From Planctomycetota bacterium (GTDB taxonomy: Bacteria > Planctomycetota > UBA11346): 64,000 nucleotides of DNA. The stretch is from NCBI GenBank assembly GCA_038231435.1, contig JBBRLJ010000002.1, positions 96,001 to 160,000 of the forward strand, read 5' to 3'. The notes beneath the pieces are model-generated. The model was not told the DNA's origin. It ran no database searches and saw nothing but the letters and a program-made list of their open reading frames with translations. Of the stretch, positions 57,225-64,000 are shown in pieces (the stretch's first letter is position 1; every line of letters begins with the position of its first letter). Made by a program: the position numbers and the translations under genes.

Positions 57225-57920
57225 TCAGGGCGCTGGAGCTGGAGCTGGAGCCGGAGCCGGAGCCGCTGGATCCGCGGGTTTTTCCGTGGATGGAGCAGCG
57301 GGCTCGGCGGGAGCGTTCTTCAGCGCCTCGAGCTTGGCCTTCGACTGGTCGAGATCCTTGGCCGCCTCGTCGCGCTTCTTGTTCAGTTCGTCCTTCTTCT
57401 TGTCCATCGACTTGCGATCGCGCTCGAGCGCAGCGAGATGCTGCTTGCCGACAGCGGCCTCGGAGTCGGAGCTCGCGGCCATGCGCTTGGTCTTCTGGTA
57501 TTCCTTCTGCGCGTCCTCTTGCGCCTTCACCGACTCGGAGCTCGCGCCGCCGGTGTTGTTGGCGTTGTTGCGGTTCGCCTCGTATTCCTTCTGCACGCGC
57601 GCGTCGGCGGCTTCCATCGCCGCCTTGGCCTGGGTGAGGCGATCCTTGGCGCCTTCGATGTCCGCGACGTCGCTCTTGGTCTTCTCGATGTCCTTGTCGA
57701 GCTTGGTGGCCTTGGTCTCGTTGTCGGTGATCGCCTTGTCGAGGCGCTCGAGCTCCTTGGTCTTCGACGCAACCTCGGACTCGGCCGCCTTCAGCGTCTT
57801 GTCGTGCTGAGCCTGGACCTTGCGCGCATCGGCGTCGGGTGAGGCCTCGGCCGCATAGCCATTGCCGCTGGCGAGCAGGGCGAGGACGACGGCCGACAGG
57901 ATCAAGACGCGTGGGGACAT
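57225..57920 (-). CDS. secreted coiled-coil protein with Pro/Ala tail
   Basis: signal peptide; K/E/A-rich heptads; GGAG SD. Confidence 0.8.
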   Translation of the reverse strand: MSPRVLILSAVVLALLASGNGYAAEASPDADARKVQAQHDKTLKAAESEVASKTKELERLDKAITDNETKATKLDKDIEKTKSDVADIEGAKDRLTQAKAAMEAADARVQKEYEANRNNANNTGGASSESVKAQEDAQKEYQKTKRMAASSDSEAAVGKQHLAALERDRKSMDKKKDELNKKRDEAAKDLDQSKAKLEALKNAPAEPAAPSTEKPADPAAPAPAPAPAPAP

Positions 57921-58072
57921 GGCGGTTCTCCGGGAGCGCGGATTTTCCCGTCATCCGACCGCCTGCAAGAGAATTGGCCGAGGAGCGTGAGCAGCGCGGA
58001 CGGCGGGCATCGCTGCGAGCATGGGACGCCATGGCCTAGCCATGCCATGCCTAGGACATGCCTCGGACGTGC

Positions 58073-60397
58073 CTACGGCACCACCACCGGCTCGGAACCC
58101 GGAGTGGGGGCATCCCTGGGGGCGGGCGCCACCGCGCCGCCGGCCGCGGCCGCGGCCGCGCCGCTCTCGATGTCCGGGGCAGCGACCTCTGGGGGAGCGA
58201 CCTCGGCGGGCGCGTGCGGCTCGACGGCGGGTTCACCCTCCGCGGGACGATCGGGCTCGGGGTCCTGGGGCGTCGGAGTCGCATCGCCTGCGGCGCCCTC
58301 GGCGCCCGCAGGCTGGCGCGCGACGAACTCCTTGCCTCGCGCGGAGCGGGGAGCGCTCACCGCGGCGAGCAGGTCGGGCGAGCTGGCGATGCGTTCGAGG
58401 GCGAAGTAGCGCGGGCCGCCGGCATAAGCCAGCGAGACCTCGTGCGCATGCGTCCCGCTCTGGCAACGCAGGGCGACGGCTCCCGAAGTGGTCGAATCGG
58501 CCAGCGCCTGGTCGACGCTCGCGACGCTCATCGGCTTGCCGCCGATGCGCGTCACGCGCATGCCCGGAGCGAGCCGCGCCCGGTCGGCGGGGCTTCCGGG
58601 GAGCACCTGCTTGATCACGCCCTTCTGCAGCACCAGGCCGAGCGACCAGCTCTCGTCCAGGTACTGGTACCTGGTGGCGTAGGTCGCCATGGGTTCGCCG
58701 CGTTCGCCAGCGAAGCGCACCCGCCATCCGCAGCGCTCGAAACCGGCGAAGCTCAGCGCGATCGAAGTGCCCAGCATGCGCTCGTCGATCAGCGCGCGCC
58801 AATCGTGCGGCTGGATCGCCTGCAACGCCGCGACGATGTCGTCGACTCCATACGGCTTCGGCTTGGCCGATCCCCCCGCATTTCCGCCTTCGAAGCCCTC
58901 GACGCGAAAGAACTCGCGGCAGAAGTCATCGAGGCTCCTGGCTCCGTTGGACTCGGAGCGGATGATGCCGTCGATCTCGAGCCACATGAGCATGCCTTCG
59001 AGGTAGTAGTCCTGGTCGCGGCGCAGCTGGCCCCAGTGCGCGCTCGGCCCGCGCAGCTGCCAGTTGGCGATGGCGGTGTCGTCGACCGAGCGCCAGTCGC
59101 GTCCGGTGTGCAGCGCGAGCTCCTGCGCCTCGGCCTGCAGGCGTTCGACGAAACCGCTGTCGGTGCCGAGCTGCGCACGCGAGGCCATGATCTCGCCCAG
59201 GTACATGTCGAGCCCCTCGTACACCCACAACAGATGGGTTCGCTCGGGGGTGTGGAAATCCCGAGTGTACATGCCGGCCGGTCGCCGGTACTTCCCGCAC
59301 CAGGCGTGGCAGAATTCGTGCGCCATCTGCTCGGCGATCGCTGGCGGATTCACGAGCGCGCCGCGCTGGAAGGTGTTCAGGCTGCACGACTCGTGCTCGA
59401 GACCGGTCGGCTCCGCCACCTCGCTGGCCACGGCCAGCAGATGGTAGGTCTGGAAGGGCGTCGGCCCGGGAAACTGCTCGTGCACCTCGTCTGCGAGACG
59501 CGCGAACGAGGCCTGCGCCTCGGCATCGAGCGTCACGCCGGTCTCGTCCTCGGCCAGCGCGTCCAGCTCGAGCCGCAGCGGGACCCCGTGATCGGGCACC
59601 GACGAGACGTCGTAGCGCGCCAGATGCTCGCCGGCGATCAGTGGCGCGTCGATCAGCTCGCGCAGGCTGACCTCGTGCCCGCTGAACGTGTCTCCCTCCG
59701 CCGCCTGGGCGGGGTCGTTCGGGGCTTCGGCTTCCATGGCGCCCAGCTCCAGCGCGCTGGCCTGCTTCCAGCCGCTGGGCAGGCGGATGCGGGGCTCCAC
59801 CAGCACGGTGTCCTCGTCCGGCCCTTCCGGATAGAGCAGGCAGGTGTTCCAGCTGATCACTCCGAGCGAGCCGTCGCCGGCGCTATCGATGCCCTTGGAG
59901 TTCTCGCTCGGCTGATTGCAGATGTAGTCGATGCTCGCCACCAGGCGATCGGCGCCCGCGGGGACGGTGACTCCGAAGCGGTTCAGCTCGACATCGTCGC
60001 GGCGCCACGCCAAGCGTTCGCCGGTCGGCAGCGTGAAGCGCAGTCCGCCGAGATTCTCGACCGGCCCGCACGGCGCATGGGTTCCGGGCATCCACTTCGG
60101 GAACCACAGCCAGACCAGACCGGGAGTGACGGGAATGGTTTCCCGTGCATGCAGGAGGCCGCGCGCCAGATCGGTGGCATCGACCACCAGCGTGAGGCGT
60201 ACCGGCTTGGGCGCGGTGCCCGGCGTGGCGGCGGCAGAGGCGGTGGTCGGAATCTGCTGCCCGGAGGACGAGCTCGACGCCGCTGCCGGATCGGATCGCC
60301 CGCCGCAACCGGCGAAGGCGATCAGCACCGCGGGTGTCGCCCAGCACGCCAGCGTGAAGCCCATGATCGGACGAGGATAGCGGCTGGTGGTGGTCAT
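58073..60397 (-). CDS. M61 glycyl aminopeptidase family lipoprotein with PDZ domain
   Basis: FAGC lipobox; PKWMPG, LIDAP, GLEH, HEFCHAW..K..RP, WVYEG, PGSPA..A.L..G. Confidence 0.9.
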   Translation of the reverse strand: MTTTSRYPRPIMGFTLACWATPAVLIAFAGCGGRSDPAAASSSSSGQQIPTTASAAATPGTAPKPVRLTLVVDATDLARGLLHARETIPVTPGLVWLWFPKWMPGTHAPCGPVENLGGLRFTLPTGERLAWRRDDVELNRFGVTVPAGADRLVASIDYICNQPSENSKGIDSAGDGSLGVISWNTCLLYPEGPDEDTVLVEPRIRLPSGWKQASALELGAMEAEAPNDPAQAAEGDTFSGHEVSLRELIDAPLIAGEHLARYDVSSVPDHGVPLRLELDALAEDETGVTLDAEAQASFARLADEVHEQFPGPTPFQTYHLLAVASEVAEPTGLEHESCSLNTFQRGALVNPPAIAEQMAHEFCHAWCGKYRRPAGMYTRDFHTPERTHLLWVYEGLDMYLGEIMASRAQLGTDSGFVERLQAEAQELALHTGRDWRSVDDTAIANWQLRGPSAHWGQLRRDQDYYLEGMLMWLEIDGIIRSESNGARSLDDFCREFFRVEGFEGGNAGGSAKPKPYGVDDIVAALQAIQPHDWRALIDERMLGTSIALSFAGFERCGWRVRFAGERGEPMATYATRYQYLDESWSLGLVLQKGVIKQVLPGSPADRARLAPGMRVTRIGGKPMSVASVDQALADSTTSGAVALRCQSGTHAHEVSLAYAGGPRYFALERIASSPDLLAAVSAPRSARGKEFVARQPAGAEGAAGDATPTPQDPEPDRPAEGEPAVEPHAPAEVAPPEVAAPDIESGAAAAAAGGAVAPAPRDAPTPGSEPVVVP

Positions 60398-60533
60398 ATG
60401 GTGAGCTTGTAGTCGCCACCCCCGTGCCCGCCATCTCCAAGCATTGCCAGGCCAGCCGAGCCAGCATTGCCCACATCCGCTGCTCGACGGGTGGACACGA
60501 GCCTTTTCGGGCGCACCGCTACCATCCGCGCCC

Positions 60534-61646
60534 ATGACGCATTCCCCATCCTGGTCCTTCCGCGTGCTCGCGGCGGCCTGCCTGCTGTGCCTGTCCGCGC
60601 TCGCCTGGCTTCCCGCGGAAGACGAGGTCGTCTGGCCGCCGGCCAAGCCCGCGTCCGAACCACCGGCCGGGACCACCCCCGCGCCAGCGCCCGCGCCGGC
60701 GCCCGGCGTCGCGGCACCAGCGGCGCCCGCGCCCGCGGCAGCCGTCAACACCCGCGCCATCACCAACGAGCGGTTCCTCGCCGCGGTGCGCGACTACAGC
60801 GGCGGCAAAGGCTTGGCCATCGTCGAGCAGGGTGACGGACCGGTGCGTCTGATGCTGGTCGGCGGAGCCAAGCTCGACGGCTCCGCGGCTGGCCTCGCGC
60901 TCGCGAAGAAGGCGATCGACGGACTCGAGGTGTGGGCCGGATCGCAGGAGACCTTCATCGCCACGAAGCCGCCTGCGGGCGAGATCTACTGGCTGGTGGT
61001 GTTCGCCAGCGCCGACCAGGTCGGGGGCTGGATCGACTACCTGCGCGAGAAGAACATCGTGGGCAAGCCCGAGGGCGAGGATCTCACCAAGAAGGTGCTC
61101 GCGTTCCCCGGTCAGCGCACCTATTTCACCCATGCGCAGAAGGTGCAGCCGCTGGTCGACGCGTGGATGGTGTACAGCGCCAGCTGCATGGCCGTCGACG
61201 CGTTCTACCTGGCGCATGGCGACAAGACCCGTGCGCCCACGTGGATCCGCGAAGGACTGGGCTCGGAGCTGCAACGTGCGCTCTGCCAGAAGATCCTCTG
61301 CACCACCATCGCCTATGAGGACAAGTCCATGCCGATGAGCGACAGCTGGGCCACCGATGTGGCTCAGCTGTTCAAGTCGAACAACCGCCAGGCCAAGCCC
61401 GGCACCGAACTGATGCGCATGGGCCTCGAGTCGCTGCCCAATGTCTTCTATCAGCAGATGTGGAGCCTGTGCGCCTTCGTGCGCGCGTCGTGCGGCAACA
61501 AGAAGGGCGCCGAGAACAAGTTCCGCAAGCTCCTCGATCTCACCGCCGCCGGGACCTCCAGCGAGGACGCCGTCAAGCAGCTGTTCGGCAAGTCGGATCC
61601 CCTGCTGACCAACGCCTGGCATACCTGGGCGCTCCAGCAGAAATGA
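60534..61646 (+). CDS. secreted hypothetical protein, zincin (peptidase MA/DUF1570)-like without HExxH
   Basis: signal peptide, Pro/Ala linker, PTWIREGLG, Y.Q.WSL..F, L...W motifs. Confidence 0.7.
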   Translation: MTHSPSWSFRVLAAACLLCLSALAWLPAEDEVVWPPAKPASEPPAGTTPAPAPAPAPGVAAPAAPAPAAAVNTRAITNERFLAAVRDYSGGKGLAIVEQGDGPVRLMLVGGAKLDGSAAGLALAKKAIDGLEVWAGSQETFIATKPPAGEIYWLVVFASADQVGGWIDYLREKNIVGKPEGEDLTKKVLAFPGQRTYFTHAQKVQPLVDAWMVYSASCMAVDAFYLAHGDKTRAPTWIREGLGSELQRALCQKILCTTIAYEDKSMPMSDSWATDVAQLFKSNNRQAKPGTELMRMGLESLPNVFYQQMWSLCAFVRASCGNKKGAENKFRKLLDLTAAGTSSEDAVKQLFGKSDPLLTNAWHTWALQQK

Positions 61647-62506
61647 CCGCCCGCCGGCCAGCCGCTCCGGCGGATCCACAGGCGCTGCTCGCCTTCGCTC
61701 TGCGCCACATGCGGGTCTCGAACTTCCCCGGCAGCGTCCAGCACACCGAGACCGGATCGTACGTGCTCGACCAGCGCACGATCTCCGACCACAACCTCAT
61801 CTACGTCACTCGCGGCGCCGCGCTGTGGGTCGTCGACGGGATCGACCACCGGCTGGACACGGGCGCGCTGGTTATCGTCCCTCCCGGGGTTCCGCACAGC
61901 GGGCGCAGCCTGACCAGGATCATGACGCTCGCCTCCATCCATGTGCTCGCCGATCTGCCCGGCGGGCAGGATCTGTTCGCGCTGCTCGCGCCGCCGCGCC
62001 TGCGCAGGGTGGCGCCGGGCAGCCGCCTCGACGTGCTGTTCCGCAGCGCGGCGGAGGAGTACGCACGCGGCTTCGCCGAGGCCAGCACCATGATGGCGCA
62101 CTGGGCGCCGCTGGTCCTCAAGGAGCTGCTGCGCCACGACGCCGCGGCCGGCGCGCTCGCCGTGCGCGGCGCCGATCCGGTGGTGACCGCGATCCTGGAA
62201 TGGCTCGAGCGTCACCTCGCCGAAGCGGTGGCGCTGCCCGAGCTCGCGGCGCTCGCTGGCTACACTCCGCAGCACCTCAACCGGCGCTTCACCAGGGAGA
62301 TCGGCATGACGCCGCTGACCTGCCTTGCGGGCATGCGCATGGAGCGCGCCGTGACCCTCCTGCGCGAGGGTAGGCTGTCCGTGCAGGCGGTCGGCAGCCG
62401 CGTCGGCTGCGCCGATCCCGCTTACTTCAGCCGCTTGTTCCGCAAGCACTTCGGACGAAGCCCGAGCGAATACCAGCGGCTCTCGGGTTCAGATTCTCCA
62501 AGCTGA
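61643..62506 (+). CDS. AraC family transcriptional regulator
   Basis: ATGA overlap with previous gene; cupin plus DPAYFSRLFRK..G.SP..Y. Confidence 0.92.
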   Translation: MTARRPAAPADPQALLAFALRHMRVSNFPGSVQHTETGSYVLDQRTISDHNLIYVTRGAALWVVDGIDHRLDTGALVIVPPGVPHSGRSLTRIMTLASIHVLADLPGGQDLFALLAPPRLRRVAPGSRLDVLFRSAAEEYARGFAEASTMMAHWAPLVLKELLRHDAAAGALAVRGADPVVTAILEWLERHLAEAVALPELAALAGYTPQHLNRRFTREIGMTPLTCLAGMRMERAVTLLREGRLSVQAVGSRVGCADPAYFSRLFRKHFGRSPSEYQRLSGSDSPS

Positions 62507-62554
62507 GGCGCGGCGCGTCCATGTCGGGGGGAAGATCGCGGTTAGGATCGCGGC

Positions 62555-63391
62555 ATGGACACCCTGCACCTCGCCGACGTCTCCCACCACATCTCCGACG
62601 CCCAGTGGGAACAGTACCTTCGCGACGGCTACCTGCGCATCGGTCGCACGCTCTCGCAGGACGCCTTGGCGGGGCTGCGCACGCGCATCGACGACATCAT
62701 GCTCGGCAAGGTGCGCGACGACCAGCTGATGATGCAGCTCGATCGCGGCGGCGAGACCGGTGGCGACTACGGATCCATGGCGGAGATGACGCTCGGCTTC
62801 AAGGGCGCGAGCCTGGACTACCGCAAGATCGAGAACCTCGAGCGCGACGACCTCTTCCTCTCCTATATGCAGCAGCCGCTCTTCCGCGAGATCTGCGCCT
62901 GGCACTACGGCGCGCACGCCGGCATATCGGCGTTCCGCGCGATGTTCATGAACAAGCCGGCGCGCAAGGGCACGCTGCTGCCCTGGCACCAGGACGGCGG
63001 CGAGGGCTGGGGACTCGACCGCGATCCGCTCGCCACCATCTGGACCGCGCTCGATCCCGCGACCGTGGCCAACGGCTGCGTGCAGATCATCCCGGGCAGC
63101 CACCGCCTTGGGCTCCTGAGCAAGCGCGGGCATACCATCTCCGCCGAGCACGAGCACGAGCACTGCCCAGCGGACAAGACGGTGTTCCTCGAACTCGAGG
63201 CCGGTGAATCGGTGCTGCTGCACAACTGGCTGCTGCACCGCAGCGACGTCAATCGCACCGACATCCCGCGCCGCGCCTTCAGCATCTGCTACATGGACGC
63301 CCGCACCCGCGTCGAGCACGACGGCAAGCGCTTCCCCATCATCTTCGGCGACAACTCGCTGAAACCCCGCGTCTTCGCCCCCGTCGGCTGA
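62555..63391 (+). CDS. phytanoyl-CoA dioxygenase (PhyH) family Fe(II)/2OG oxygenase
   Basis: NKP, WHQD, W.ALD.AT..NGC...PGSH, LLHRS..N, RRAF. Confidence 0.92.
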   Translation: MDTLHLADVSHHISDAQWEQYLRDGYLRIGRTLSQDALAGLRTRIDDIMLGKVRDDQLMMQLDRGGETGGDYGSMAEMTLGFKGASLDYRKIENLERDDLFLSYMQQPLFREICAWHYGAHAGISAFRAMFMNKPARKGTLLPWHQDGGEGWGLDRDPLATIWTALDPATVANGCVQIIPGSHRLGLLSKRGHTISAEHEHEHCPADKTVFLELEAGESVLLHNWLLHRSDVNRTDIPRRAFSICYMDARTRVEHDGKRFPIIFGDNSLKPRVFAPVG

Positions 63392-63424
63392 GCATTCGTA
63401 CAGGGCTTGGCCCCCTGATTGGAC

Positions 63425-63585
63425 GGGGCCCCATCGCTCCGCGATGGGGCGGGCGCCGAGGGGCGGTCGGCGGATATAATCGGCGAAGCCCATCCGCCGA
63501 CGATGTCGCAGCGTAGCGGAGACATCGAGCCCCGACAAAGCCCGTGGGGTAGGCCCAAAGGGCCGTAGGGGCGAAGCCCCTGAAT
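63425..63585 (+). repeat. structured intergenic repeat, copy B
   Basis: reverse complement aligns to 761-920. Confidence 0.85.
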
Positions 63586-63586
63586 G

Positions 63587-64000
63587 CTAAAGCGCTCGGT
63601 CGGCCTCTGCGCGCGAGGCCTGGTCAAGGGCGGCCAGGGATTCGATAACGTAGCGGTTGCCGAGCGTGTCGCGGATGAGGACCTGGTCGGGCGCCACGCG
63701 GCTGACGTTCTTGCTCGGTTCGCGCAGCAGGAAGCGCCTGCGCCCGCGATCGGTATCGACGTCCCAGTAGCGGTTGCCGAAATCGACGCGGGTGGTGTGC
63801 ACGCGCGAGATGCGCGCGATGCAGTAGCGGCGGTCGAGCTCCCCCTGGGCAATCGCCCGCGACTCGATCGGGAACGCTTCGATGCCGGACAACATCGCCA
63901 GGCACGCCTTCTTGTCGCTCAGCAGCGCGATGTCCCCGCCCCGGCCGGTGATCGGACGCGCCCAGACCAGGCGCACGGGCACCGGTTCGGCCGCGTCGAT
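63587..64000 (-). CDS. DUF1854 domain protein (5' end outside window)
   Basis: EL.RRY....I..I......G..YW.V.TDRG...F, I.D..GNRY.I.....LD..S; frame open to the window edge. Confidence 0.8.
   Translation of the reverse strand: MDAAEPVPVRLVWARPITGRGGDIALLSDKKACLAMLSGIEAFPIESRAIAQGELDRRYCIARISRVHTTRVDFGNRYWDVDTDRGRRRFLLREPSKNVSRVAPDQVLIRDTLGNRYVIESLAALDQASRAEADRAL

Noticed and set aside
57228..57270. Hexamer tandem repeat (gctgga/gccgga)n, and a similar tract at 60670-60740
   Set aside because: Encodes Pro-Ala linkers inside CDSs; not an independent repeat element.
58010..58070. Cluster of catg/catgcct motifs between the M61 gene and the coiled-coil gene
   Set aside because: Irregular spacing and low complexity; no consistent unit.

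Overview
High-GC bacterial chromosomal segment, most likely Planctomycetota/PVC (inferred from a Minf_1886-family gene, long-form ThiE, a membrane Ser/Thr kinase and many unclassified secreted proteins). About 50 CDS; no rRNA, tRNA, CRISPR array, integrase or transposase was seen. Contents in order: osmC-like, thiE, AI-2E transporter, Ser/Thr kinase, an oppABC operon without ATPases; a ~20 kb catabolic region (AraC/GntR regulators, PhyH dioxygenase, SDR, Gfo/Idh/MocA, TIM-barrel isomerases, class II aldolase, two aldehyde dehydrogenases, Zn-ADHs, GH78, GH42); uup; a DUF445 protein with internal duplications; a gamma-glutamylation operon (GS-like, Fe-ADH, ALDH); putative novel glycosidases; a lipoprotein plus 904-aa secreted beta-rich protein; STAS/receiver/pseudo-receiver genes; ankyrin; M61 peptidase; a second AraC-PhyH module. 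The most striking non-coding signal is a dispersed family of ~160-nt intergenic elements (three copies plus two related ones). They share a multi-stem fold supported by compensatory base changes, cGNAg triloops and a tandem G-A internal loop. Many genes also have a -10 box 5-8 nt before the ATG and no Shine-Dalgarno, suggesting leaderless transcripts. Many start codons were re-chosen by eye relative to the ORF track.
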